From the NCBI GenBank assembly GCA_903838295.1, contig CAILXX010000007.1:489-64488 (forward strand): 64,000 nucleotides of DNA, in the 5' to 3' direction. The stretch is from an uncultured Actinomycetes bacterium. Lineage in GTDB: Bacteria > Actinomycetota > Actinomycetes > Nanopelagicales > Nanopelagicaceae. The position numbers were made by a program, and so were the translations under genes. The notes under the pieces were generated by a model. It saw only the letters and a list, made by a program, of their open reading frames with translations, made no database searches and was not told the origin of the DNA. Each line of letters begins with the position of its first letter. Position 1 is the stretch's first letter. Positions 45,820 to 54,914 of this stretch are shown in pieces.

Positions 45820-46761
45820 ATGACCATCAGTCCAAAGCCAACTATCGGTTGGATCGGTGCGGGGCGTATGGGATTCCAGTTGGCCACTCGACTTTTAGAT
45901 GCAGGGCACGATGTCACCGTTTATAACCGGACGCGTGCAAAAGCAGAGCCACTGGTGCAAAAAGGCGCAAAGGTTGTTGATCATCCAAGTGAACTTGCAG
46001 GACTCGACGTTGTTTTTATTATGGTCTCTGCACCAAAAGATTTAGAAGATGTCACTATGGGCGCCAATGGCGTATTGACCGTTGACGGCAAATCTCCCAA
46101 AGTAATTATTGATTCATCAACTGTATCAACCGAAGTATCGGAGAAGGTTCGAGCATTTGCTAAAACTAAGGGCACAGAACTCCTTGCAGCCCCTGTCAGC
46201 GGAAATCCAGCTGTAATTGCAGCTGGGAAACTTACCGTTGCGGTTTCTGGACCTAAAGATGTTTACGAACAAGTTGCAGGATTGATCAATCTCTTTGGCC
46301 GCAAGGTTACGTATGTGGGCGAAGCAGAAGTTGCTCGCCTAGTAAAGATCGCGCATAACATCATGCTTGGTGTCGTCACACAGACACTGGCAGAGATCAT
46401 AACGTTGACCGAAAAAGCCGGCGTAGAACGCGCGGCATTCTTAGAATTCCTCAACGATTCAGTGATGGGATCAACATTTACTAAATACAAGTCCCCATCA
46501 ATTGTTAATTTAGATTTCACACCAACATTTACGATTCCGCTCCTTCTGAAGGATTTTGATCTTGGACTTGACGCGGCTCATGAGCTTAAAGTTCCGATGC
46601 CAATTACATCTGCGGCGCAACAAATCACCGCTTCTGCTTTAGGAGCAGGGTATGTTGATGAAGATTTTATGGTTCTCCTTATAGAACAAGCCCGCCGCTC
46701 TGGAATGACACTAGTTTCTGAAAATAAGAAAGTATTGAGTGGACTGGAAGTGGAAAAATAA
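45820..46761 (+). CDS. NAD(P)-dependent oxidoreductase, 3-hydroxyisobutyrate-dehydrogenase family (second copy)
   Basis: Rossmann motif IGWIGAGRMG, LLAAPVSGNP and a helical C-terminal domain. GAGGAG RBS. Confidence 0.85.
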   Translation: MTISPKPTIGWIGAGRMGFQLATRLLDAGHDVTVYNRTRAKAEPLVQKGAKVVDHPSELAGLDVVFIMVSAPKDLEDVTMGANGVLTVDGKSPKVIIDSSTVSTEVSEKVRAFAKTKGTELLAAPVSGNPAVIAAGKLTVAVSGPKDVYEQVAGLINLFGRKVTYVGEAEVARLVKIAHNIMLGVVTQTLAEIITLTEKAGVERAAFLEFLNDSVMGSTFTKYKSPSIVNLDFTPTFTIPLLLKDFDLGLDAAHELKVPMPITSAAQQITASALGAGYVDEDFMVLLIEQARRSGMTLVSENKKVLSGLEVEK

Positions 46762-48005
46762 TGGCCAACACCCCTCAACTACAAGCGCCAGGCCACATGG
46801 GTGTTGACTATGAGATGCGCGTGGATTTTGATCGGTTGCGTAAATATCGGATTGGTCGTGCGAAGGCCTCGTTAGAGGCAAGTAAGTGCGGAGCTTTTTT
46901 GCTCTTTGATTTTTACAATATTCGTTACACAACTCAGTCGTGGGTTGGTGGAGCTCTTGGTGACAAGATGACTCGTTATTCATTGCTCACTCGCGGGGGC
47001 GAACCCATGCTGTGGGATTTTGGTTCTGCTGTCCGTCACCACAAGTTGTATTCGCCATGGCTGAAAGAAGAGAACAATCGTCCAGGAATGCTTGGTATGC
47101 GCGGTGCAGTTGCACCGTCTGCTGGCTTGATGGAGTCAGCTGTTAAAGAGATCAAAGGTTTATTGATTGACGCTGGCGTCGCTGATCAACCAGTAGGTAT
47201 TGATATCGTCGAACCCGCATTTTTATTTGAAATGCAACGTCAAGGTCTAACCGTGGTTGATTGTCAGCAAGACATGCTTGATGCTCGGGTAATTAAGAAC
47301 CAAGACGAAATTATGTTGCTAAATCAAGCGGCAGCGATGGTTGATGGCGTCTATCAAAATATTGTTGACGTCCTGAAGCCTGGCATCCGCGAAAATGAGA
47401 TCGTTGCTCTAGCAAACAAGCGTTTGTACGAGATGGGTTCAGATCAAGTCGAAGCAATCAATGCGATCTCTGGCGAACGCTGCAATCCTCATCCGCACAA
47501 TTTCACCGACCGGATTATCCGCCCAGGAGATCAAGCTTTCTTTGACATCATCCATTCATTCAATGGATATCGCACTTGTTATTACCGCACATTTGCAGTG
47601 GGCAGTTCTACCCCGTCACAACGTGACGCATATACAAAGGCGCGTGAGTGGATGGACGCCGCAATCAATGCAGTAAAGGTCGGAACAGATACAGCTGCTA
47701 TTGCAAAGGTCTGGCCAAAGGCAGAAGAATTTGGCTTTGCCAGTGAACTTGCCGCCTTTGGGTTGCAGTTTGGACACGGCCTGGGCCTTGGACTTCACGA
47801 GCGTCCAATTATTTCTAGGCTCAATAGTTTAGAAAACCCGGTCGAAATTCGCCCAGGCATGGTCTTTGCACTCGAAACGTATTGCCCAGCTTCCGATGGT
47901 TTCTCTGCAGCGCGTATCGAAGAAGAAGTGGTTGTCACAGATAATGGAATTCATATTTTGACGAAGTTTCCGGCCCAAGAACTCTTTGTGGCTAACCCTT
48001 ACTAA
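46761..48005 (+). CDS. M24-family metalloenzyme (creatinase/Xaa-Pro peptidase fold), DddP-like
   Basis: Pita-bread C-terminal half with DIIHSFNGYRTCYYRTF, QFGHGLGLGLHERP, VFALETYCPASDGFSAARIEEEVVVT and TKFPAQELFVANPY. The N-terminal LLFDFYNIRYTTQSW resembles what I recall of DddP-type members (from memory only). Confidence 0.75.
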   Translation: MANTPQLQAPGHMGVDYEMRVDFDRLRKYRIGRAKASLEASKCGAFLLFDFYNIRYTTQSWVGGALGDKMTRYSLLTRGGEPMLWDFGSAVRHHKLYSPWLKEENNRPGMLGMRGAVAPSAGLMESAVKEIKGLLIDAGVADQPVGIDIVEPAFLFEMQRQGLTVVDCQQDMLDARVIKNQDEIMLLNQAAAMVDGVYQNIVDVLKPGIRENEIVALANKRLYEMGSDQVEAINAISGERCNPHPHNFTDRIIRPGDQAFFDIIHSFNGYRTCYYRTFAVGSSTPSQRDAYTKAREWMDAAINAVKVGTDTAAIAKVWPKAEEFGFASELAAFGLQFGHGLGLGLHERPIISRLNSLENPVEIRPGMVFALETYCPASDGFSAARIEEEVVVTDNGIHILTKFPAQELFVANPY

Positions 48006-48010
48006 TTACG

Positions 48011-48538
48011 ATGACAACCGGCAAAGGAATTCCTGGGTTACAACGTGTAGATCACGTTGGGATTACGGTGCCCAATTTAGAAGAAGCAACTCGATTCTTT
48101 ATTGATGTCTTAGGTTGCGAATATATGTACACGCTAGGGCCCTTTGCTAGCGATGAGAATTGGATGAAAGAACACTTGAATGTTGATCCACGTGCGGTAA
48201 TGAAAGAGCTACATTTCTTCAGGTTAAATGGTGCCGCGATTTTTGAAGTATTTGAATATCAAGCACCCGATCAGCAAACTTTCGTACCAAAGAACAGTGA
48301 CGTTGGTGGCCACCATGTTGCTTTATATGTCGATGATATGGAAGCTGCAATTGCGCACTTAAAGTCTCACGGAATCACAATGCTGGGCGAACCCACTGCA
48401 AGTAAAGGTCCGAGTGAAGGCCAGCATTGGTTATACTTTTTATCGCCTTGGGGAATGCAATTCGAATTAGTTTCGTATCCCAACGGCAAAGCTTTCGATC
48501 ACCACCCCGAGAAGTTCGTCAAGAAGGTAGTAAATTAA
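48011..48538 (+). CDS. VOC-family protein (glyoxalase / extradiol-dioxygenase fold)
   Basis: GLQRVDHVGITVPNLEEATRFFIDVLG and GGHHVALYVDDMEAAIAHLKSHG, typical paired beta-alpha-beta-beta-beta modules. Confidence 0.75.
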   Translation: MTTGKGIPGLQRVDHVGITVPNLEEATRFFIDVLGCEYMYTLGPFASDENWMKEHLNVDPRAVMKELHFFRLNGAAIFEVFEYQAPDQQTFVPKNSDVGGHHVALYVDDMEAAIAHLKSHGITMLGEPTASKGPSEGQHWLYFLSPWGMQFELVSYPNGKAFDHHPEKFVKKVVN

Positions 48539-50737
48539 ATGGCGCTTCATAATAAGCACAAATCCACTGCTCCTTGGCTAGAAGTAGTCGTTATGCCCTC
48601 GGACTGGGATAACGCAGATCCACAGGTACTCAACAATATGTTGGTCGAAATGGTTCTGATCCGTACCTTTGAAGAATATTTATTGGAACTTGCTGCTGCA
48701 ACGTTAATTCATGGGCCGGTTCATTCCAGCATTGGTCAAGAGGGTGGCGCAGTTGGTTCTGCGCTTTTGCTTCGCAGCGCCGATAGCGTAAATGGTTCGC
48801 ACCGTGGCCACCATCAATTCTTAGCGAAAGTTTTTACTCATTTACAGCCACAAGGGTATGACCCACGTGCCGAATTTTCGGCAGATATCCGTGATGCAGT
48901 GCTTCGAACAATGGCAGAAATTGCTGGCCTTGATCGCGGCTTTAGCCATGGTCGTGGTGGATCAATGCATTTACAGATGAAGGAAGCCGGCGCAATGGGT
49001 ACTAATGCCATCGTCGGTGGCGGAGTTCCGCTTGCCGCAGGTTTTGCGTGGTCCCATAAATTTGCAGGAACTGATGCAGTTTCTGTGACATATTTTGGTG
49101 ATGGTGCGATCAACATTGGATCGACGCTAGAAAGTTTCAACTTGGCTGCTGCCTGGAAACTACCGATCTGTTTCTTTATCGAAAATAATATGTACGCGGT
49201 TTCCACGCATGTTTTGGAATCCACCGGCGAACCTCGGTTGTCCGCCCGTGGCCAAGGTTTCAATATCCCAAGCTGGAAGGTTGATGGCATGAACCCACTT
49301 GCGGTTTATATCGCCATGACCGAAGCGGTTGCGCATATGCGCGCTGGTAACGGACCAACGATGATCGAAGCCGATGTCTATAGGTACTACCATCAGAGTG
49401 GCACCTTCCCTGGCAGCGCATTTGGTTATAGAACAAAAGAAGAAGAAGCAAGTTATAAAGCGCGTGATCCGATCTTGCAGGTATCTACACAAATGATTCG
49501 CCGTGGGCTTATAACCCAGCCAGAGATTGACTTGTTGATTGCTCGTGCTAAATCATTGATGTCCGATACTGGCAATATTCTGCTCGAACCTATTCCAGAT
49601 TCGAATCCACCTAAGCGCAAGATCAAAGATAGCGAATGGCCAGATCCAGCATTCGTTAATACTGGTGTCCGTGGCGATCTTTCAGAATTTAATGGGGCCA
49701 GGTATGCCGAACTTGAAAATTATGGGGGAGAAATCACCCAAGCCAAATTCATAGATTCTGTTGCAAATGTTTTGGGTCGTCAGTTAGAGAAAGACTCAAG
49801 TGTTGTGATCATGGGTGAAGATATTCACCGCTTAGCCGGTGGAACCAATGGTGCAACAAAAGGACTCAAGGATCGTTTCCCAGATCGTATTCTTGGTACT
49901 CCCATCAGCGAAAATGGTTTTACGGGCCTTGGCGGCGGTATCGCAATTGATGGCCGGTTCAAACCCATTGTGGAATTCATGTATGCCGACTTTATGTGGG
50001 TAGCAGCGGATCAAATTTTTAATCAGATCGGCAAGATGCGTCACATGTTTGGTGGTACCGGCGCAGTTCCATTTGTACTTCGCAGTAAGGTTGCAATGGG
50101 TACAGGGTATGGGTCACAGCATTCGATGGACCCCGCTGGAATCATGGCAACAAATCCCGGTTGGAGAATTGTTTCTCCGACGACTCCCTTTGATTATGTT
50201 GGACTCATGAACAGCGCAATCTTGTGTAAAGACCCTGTGATTGTCTTGGAGCACGTTGATTTATATAACTCAACCGGGCCGACCCCAACCACTGATCTGG
50301 ACTATTGCATCGAAGTAGGTAAGGCTGCGATTAGACGCCCTGGTAAAGATTTGACTGTACTCACGTATATGGCAATGACGCAGTACACACTTGATGGAGT
50401 TGCAGAATTTGGAGAGATTGATGCCGAAGTCATTGATCTGCGCTGGTTAGACCGCGCAAGCATTGACTGGGAAACAATCGGCAATTCGATTAAAAAGACT
50501 GGCCATGTTTTGATCACTGAACAAGGTGCAATCGGTACTTCCTATGGCGGATGGCTAGCGGATGAAATTCAACGCCGATTCTTCCATGAGCTCAAAGGGC
50601 CAATTGAGCGAGTCACCGGTGGGGAAGCCTCTCCTTCTATTAGCAAGGTATTAGAACGTGCCGCGATTGCAAAGAGTGAAGAAGTTGTCACCAAGCTGCG
50701 CTCGCTTTATGAGTCTGGCCGATTTAGCGGCAAGTGA
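48539..50737 (+). CDS. Fused E1 alpha-beta component of a TPP-dependent 2-oxoacid/acetoin dehydrogenase
   Basis: The N-terminal half is E1-alpha-like (HSSIGQEG, SHRGHH, YFGDGAINIG, ENNMYAVST). The C-terminal half is E1-beta-like (MGEDI, GTPISENGFTG, EFMYADFMW). It is a single 732-codon ORF starting 1 nt after the VOC stop. Confidence 0.85.
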   Translation: MALHNKHKSTAPWLEVVVMPSDWDNADPQVLNNMLVEMVLIRTFEEYLLELAAATLIHGPVHSSIGQEGGAVGSALLLRSADSVNGSHRGHHQFLAKVFTHLQPQGYDPRAEFSADIRDAVLRTMAEIAGLDRGFSHGRGGSMHLQMKEAGAMGTNAIVGGGVPLAAGFAWSHKFAGTDAVSVTYFGDGAINIGSTLESFNLAAAWKLPICFFIENNMYAVSTHVLESTGEPRLSARGQGFNIPSWKVDGMNPLAVYIAMTEAVAHMRAGNGPTMIEADVYRYYHQSGTFPGSAFGYRTKEEEASYKARDPILQVSTQMIRRGLITQPEIDLLIARAKSLMSDTGNILLEPIPDSNPPKRKIKDSEWPDPAFVNTGVRGDLSEFNGARYAELENYGGEITQAKFIDSVANVLGRQLEKDSSVVIMGEDIHRLAGGTNGATKGLKDRFPDRILGTPISENGFTGLGGGIAIDGRFKPIVEFMYADFMWVAADQIFNQIGKMRHMFGGTGAVPFVLRSKVAMGTGYGSQHSMDPAGIMATNPGWRIVSPTTPFDYVGLMNSAILCKDPVIVLEHVDLYNSTGPTPTTDLDYCIEVGKAAIRRPGKDLTVLTYMAMTQYTLDGVAEFGEIDAEVIDLRWLDRASIDWETIGNSIKKTGHVLITEQGAIGTSYGGWLADEIQRRFFHELKGPIERVTGGEASPSISKVLERAAIAKSEEVVTKLRSLYESGRFSGK

Positions 50738-50780
50738 ATCTTTATGCGTGACTCGGCCTAACTCCCCGTAGGCTTACCCC

Positions 50781-51902
50781 ATGGCGAGCCCACGACTGAC
50801 CATTGCGATATTTCTAGCAAAGAGCGCAAGCATGGCTTCTCGAATCATGGGCAATAAGGGTGAGACTATTTCTGGACGAATTCTTCTTGCATTGGAACCA
50901 GAAGCAATTTCGTTATTGGCCCGCAAAAAGCAAGTAATTTTGATCTCTGGAACCAATGGAAAAACTTCTACGACCAGGGCAATTGCCGCAATAGTGCGTC
51001 AATTGGGAGCGGTGACGACAAGTGGTTCTGGATCAAATTTATCATGGGGTGCGGCGCACGCACTGATGTCCAAAGCTGCGTATGCAGTATTAGAAATTGA
51101 TGAACTTCATTTACCCACCGTTATAGCGCAGACCGACCCGGCAGTTGTTTTATTACTTAACTTAACGCGCGATCAATTGCACCGAATGCATGAAGTAAAA
51201 CGCGTGTCGGATCGTTGGCACGTGGAATGCACTGAAGCAAGTAATACCGTATTTGTGGCAGATATTGATGATCCGTTTATTAATTATGCGGTAGCCAATG
51301 CCACTAATGTTGTACGGGTTTCTTTCGGTGGGAGGCCACACCCAGATGGTGCGGTCTGCCCACGCTGTGGATCGTATTTAAAGTGGAAGAGCGGTAATTA
51401 TTCCTGCACATGTGGATTAACCAACAAAATCAGCGACCGCAAGTTTAAAAAAGGTTCAGCTGCAATGCGCAATGCAATCTTGGCCAATGTTGTGGGTGAA
51501 GTACTTGATGCCAAACCTATGAAATTTAAAGAGAGCGAATTAGAGCGGACTATCAGTAAAGCTTTTGGTGATAAAACTGCACATTTTAGATTGACCAAGA
51601 ATCCTGCGTCCTGGACCGAAGCTTTACAAGCCGATATCAAGAAAGATGTCATCTTGGTTTTAAACGCTCGTCAAGTAGATGGGATTGATACTTCTTGGTT
51701 GTGGGATCTTTCTTTTGCGCCACTTAAAGGCAAACGGATAATAGTTTGCGGTGAACGTGGCCTCGATATTGCTTATAGATTGCATGTCGAAGGCATCGAA
51801 TCAACAGTGGTCGATACCTTTGATCAAGCGATTGTTTTGACCAAGAACAAAGAGGTTTCGGTACTGTCTGCATACACCGCATTCTTTGAGCTGGTGATGT
51901 GA
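50781..51902 (+). CDS. murT: Lipid II isoglutaminyl synthase subunit MurT (Mur-ligase family)
   Basis: P-loop GTNGKTSTT, the zinc ribbon CPRCGSYLKWKSGNYSCTCG and a DUF1727-like C-terminus. Followed by gatD with a 4-nt overlap. TAGGCT-N6-ATG lies upstream. Confidence 0.85.
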   Translation: MASPRLTIAIFLAKSASMASRIMGNKGETISGRILLALEPEAISLLARKKQVILISGTNGKTSTTRAIAAIVRQLGAVTTSGSGSNLSWGAAHALMSKAAYAVLEIDELHLPTVIAQTDPAVVLLLNLTRDQLHRMHEVKRVSDRWHVECTEASNTVFVADIDDPFINYAVANATNVVRVSFGGRPHPDGAVCPRCGSYLKWKSGNYSCTCGLTNKISDRKFKKGSAAMRNAILANVVGEVLDAKPMKFKESELERTISKAFGDKTAHFRLTKNPASWTEALQADIKKDVILVLNARQVDGIDTSWLWDLSFAPLKGKRIIVCGERGLDIAYRLHVEGIESTVVDTFDQAIVLTKNKEVSVLSAYTAFFELVM

Positions 51903-52591
51903 TGCTAGAGATCATCAGAATTCATAATGAATTGTTAGGTACATACGGTGACCGAGGAAATGCAGATGTGCTTAAATTTAGGGCAGGGCTACGTGGCATT
52001 AAAGCAAAAGTGACGGATATTTCTTATATAGATGCACTACCCAAAGAGGGTGATATTTATTTATTGGGTGGAGCAGAAGATGCTGCTCAAATGTTGTCTT
52101 TGACTGCCCTTAAAAAAGGTATGACGTTAAATAAAGCTGCAGATAAAGGCGCGGTTCTTCTGGCCATATGTGCTGGATTTCAGATCGTTGGTTCTAGTTA
52201 TGTCACTCGCGACGAACAAGTAGCCGGCTTGGGTTTGCTCGATGTATCTACTAATCCTGGTGACAAGCGTTTGGTAGGTGATATTGCTATTGAATCGGAA
52301 TTCTTTGATGTTCCGTTGACGGGATTTGAAAATCACAGCGGAGTTACTACTTTGGGAACCGATGTCATGCCATTTGGAACAGTGCTATCAGGTAATGGAA
52401 ATGGTATTAACGGTGTTGATGGTGCAATTAGTGGGAATGTATTTGGTACATATTTACATGGACCAATACTGGCGCGTAACCCAGAATTTGCTGATCTATT
52501 ACTTGAAAGAGCGATGGGAATCCAAATTCCACACGTAACTGATGAGATTGCTGATCACTATGCGAAGTGGCGAAGAACAGTAATTAAATAG
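51899..52591 (+). CDS. gatD: Lipid II isoglutaminyl synthase glutaminase subunit GatD (CobB/CobQ-type GATase)
   Basis: Nucleophile context LLAICAGFQIVG and the His region GTYLHGPILARNP. Adjacent and coupled to murT. Confidence 0.85.
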   Translation: MMLEIIRIHNELLGTYGDRGNADVLKFRAGLRGIKAKVTDISYIDALPKEGDIYLLGGAEDAAQMLSLTALKKGMTLNKAADKGAVLLAICAGFQIVGSSYVTRDEQVAGLGLLDVSTNPGDKRLVGDIAIESEFFDVPLTGFENHSGVTTLGTDVMPFGTVLSGNGNGINGVDGAISGNVFGTYLHGPILARNPEFADLLLERAMGIQIPHVTDEIADHYAKWRRTVIK

Positions 52592-52684
52592 GTTACACTT
52601 GGCTAAGCTTTGCGAGTCTTACTTTGATTCCTTTTAATCACTGGGCACCACGAGACACGCATTCATGTCTCGATTGGTATATCT

Positions 52685-54301
52685 ATGTCCACGTTCCGTA
52701 ATTTAGGTGTTACTCCCGCGCTCTGTGAAGCGCTGGAAACCCAAGGTATAAGTTCGCCCTTCCCGATTCAAACAGCAACACTTCCGGATGCAATCAAAGG
52801 TCGCGATGTTTTAGGTCGTGGACAGACTGGTTCGGGAAAAACTTTAGCTTTTGGTTTGGCAATGATGACCCGCTTAAACGGTCGCACTGCAAAGCCTCAC
52901 AAGCCACTGGGTTTAATTTTGTCTCCGACCCGCGAATTAGCGGTACAGATTAATGATGTTGTGTCACCACTTGCTCGTCGTATTGGATTATCTTCACAAG
53001 TTGTTGCTGGCGGGCTTTCATATATCGGCCAAATTCAAGCATTGAAGCGCGGTGTGCCAATCATTGTTGCTACACCTGGTCGCCTCATTGACTTGTTGGA
53101 GAAAAAGCACATTGATCTCTCTGATGTCATGATTACAGTTCTTGACGAAGCAGATCAAATGGCCGATATGGGCTTCTTGCCCGTAGTAAAAGAGATTTTG
53201 TCACTAACCAAAGATGACGGACAGCGTTTGTTATTCTCGGCCACTTTGGATCGTGACGTTGATTCATTAGTAAAGCGTTTCCTCAAGGATCCAATCACGC
53301 ACTCGTTAGAGAACGAGAAGTCACGGGCAGTTGATATGAGCCACCACATCTTGATTGTTGATCAAAATGTCAAGGACGAAGTGACCACGCAGATAGCTGC
53401 TCGTGATGGACGTACAATTTTCTTCGTGCGCACTAAGCATGGTGCCGATAAATTGGCCGAAAAAATGTTGCGTAGCGGTGTCCCGGTTGGCGTATTACAT
53501 GGCGGCAAGTCTCAAGGGCAACGCACACGTGTACTCAAGGCCTTCAAAGATGGTCGAGCAAATGCATTGGTTGCAACAGATGTTGCTGCTCGTGGTATTC
53601 ACGTAGATGATGTCTCACTCGTCGTACACGTTGATGCCCCAGCAGATCATAAGGATTATCTACACCGTGCAGGCCGTACCGCACGTGCTGGTGCGACAGG
53701 AACAGTTGTAACTCTGGCTACTCACAAGCAGAAAAAAGCTGTTTTTGGCATCACAATCCGTGCAGCTGTAAAGCTGATTGAAAATCAGGTTCGCCCAGGC
53801 GATCCAAAGCTTGCAGAGATCACAGGTGCACAAACACCATCGGGGATTCCAATCGCAGTAGAACCAGAGAAGCCGTCTCGTAATGAACGTAAACCTGGTA
53901 GCCGAAGCCGTTCAAATGATCGCGGAAATCGTGATGGCAATTTCAAGCCACGTCGCGAAGGTGGCGGACGTTTTGATCGTAGTGAAGCTCCTACTCCAAA
54001 GAAATGGGAAGATAAGGCGTACGCAGATCGTGCCGAAAAGCCAGCACGTAGCGAACGTAATGATCGCCCGGTTCGATCTGAACGAACAGAACGAACAGAA
54101 CGAACAGAACGTTCAGCAACTGCGGGTAACCGTGGTCGCGTAGAAGAAAAGCCACGCGCAGCCAAGAAGGCTCCTCGGATGCCGTTAGAGAAGCGCATTG
54201 CTCTCGAAAAAGAATCTTCTCGCGCACGTACAGGCAAGCCAGCTTCAGCAGGTGGATTTAAGAAGAAGCCAGCTGGTCCGCGTAAAGCTAAGCGAGCTTA
54301 A
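52685..54301 (+). CDS. DEAD-box RNA helicase with an Arg/Glu/Lys-rich repetitive C-terminal tail
   Basis: Motifs: Q (FPIQ), I GQTGSGKT, Ia SPTRELA, II DEAD, III SAT, VI HRAGRTARAG. The tail contains RSERTERTERTERS. Confidence 0.9.
   Translation: MSTFRNLGVTPALCEALETQGISSPFPIQTATLPDAIKGRDVLGRGQTGSGKTLAFGLAMMTRLNGRTAKPHKPLGLILSPTRELAVQINDVVSPLARRIGLSSQVVAGGLSYIGQIQALKRGVPIIVATPGRLIDLLEKKHIDLSDVMITVLDEADQMADMGFLPVVKEILSLTKDDGQRLLFSATLDRDVDSLVKRFLKDPITHSLENEKSRAVDMSHHILIVDQNVKDEVTTQIAARDGRTIFFVRTKHGADKLAEKMLRSGVPVGVLHGGKSQGQRTRVLKAFKDGRANALVATDVAARGIHVDDVSLVVHVDAPADHKDYLHRAGRTARAGATGTVVTLATHKQKKAVFGITIRAAVKLIENQVRPGDPKLAEITGAQTPSGIPIAVEPEKPSRNERKPGSRSRSNDRGNRDGNFKPRREGGGRFDRSEAPTPKKWEDKAYADRAEKPARSERNDRPVRSERTERTERTERSATAGNRGRVEEKPRAAKKAPRMPLEKRIALEKESSRARTGKPASAGGFKKKPAGPRKAKRA
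54081..54116 (+). repeat. 9-bp tandem repeat (aacgaacag x3 plus one degenerate copy) inside the helicase tail
   Basis: Direct reading: 54081-54089, 54090-54098 and 54099-54107 are identical. 54108-54116 is aacgttcag. Confidence 0.9.
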
Positions 54302-54311
54302 CTTTAGGAAG

Positions 54312-54899
54312 TTAGTTCTGGGCAAGGGCTCGGAGTCCAGCAAGTGCAAAAATGACTGCACTCTGGATTTCGAGCTCTGCGTCATTTCCGGCATCTATCC
54401 GGATTGATGCAGCATCTGTCACGCCTGATAAAAATGCGGCAGCGCTTTGTGAATCATTAATACCAGTCTCTATAAGAGATTGACGCAGTGGCGCTAACAT
54501 TTTTCGGTGACCAAGTGAAATCTCTTCCTTGCGAAAATCTGGGGTATCGATGGTGTTTAAAGATTTGACCAACATATGGCGACCATCCGCGACATAGCGA
54601 AGACTTTCGGCGATCCAGAGCTCTATTTTTTCATATGGATCCGTGGCACTTCCAACAGCATCCGCTAATCGTTTGGTGTAGTAATCAAGCTCTTCAAGGA
54701 CTAAGTCGGCAACGAGATCTGCACTAGAAGCAAAATATTCGTAGATAGAACTTCTGGCTAGCCCGGCTTTAGAAGCCACGGCAGCAACCGTAATTGCTTC
54801 AGCCCCACCCGCAATAGCTAATTCCAACGCAGCGCTTATTAATTGCTGGCGGCGAAATTCGCGATTTTCTAGGAGGCTAGCGGCTTTGATCTTGGGCAT
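54312..54899 (-). CDS. TetR-family transcriptional regulator
   Basis: N-terminal HTH ITVAAVASKAGLARSSIYEYFAS in a ~195-aa helical protein. Confidence 0.85.
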   Translation of the reverse strand: MPKIKAASLLENREFRRQQLISAALELAIAGGAEAITVAAVASKAGLARSSIYEYFASSADLVADLVLEELDYYTKRLADAVGSATDPYEKIELWIAESLRYVADGRHMLVKSLNTIDTPDFRKEEISLGHRKMLAPLRQSLIETGINDSQSAAAFLSGVTDAASIRIDAGNDAELEIQSAVIFALAGLRALAQN

Positions 54900-54914
54900 A
54901 AGAGAAGAAGTATC

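Noticed and set aside
27502-48005. Creatinine pathway (creatininase plus M24 creatinase)
   Set aside because: The two genes are 19 kb apart in different operons. No sarcosine oxidase or dehydrogenase is present. The M24 protein resembles DddP-type members more than what I recall of creatinase. It remains a weak possibility to test by phylogeny.
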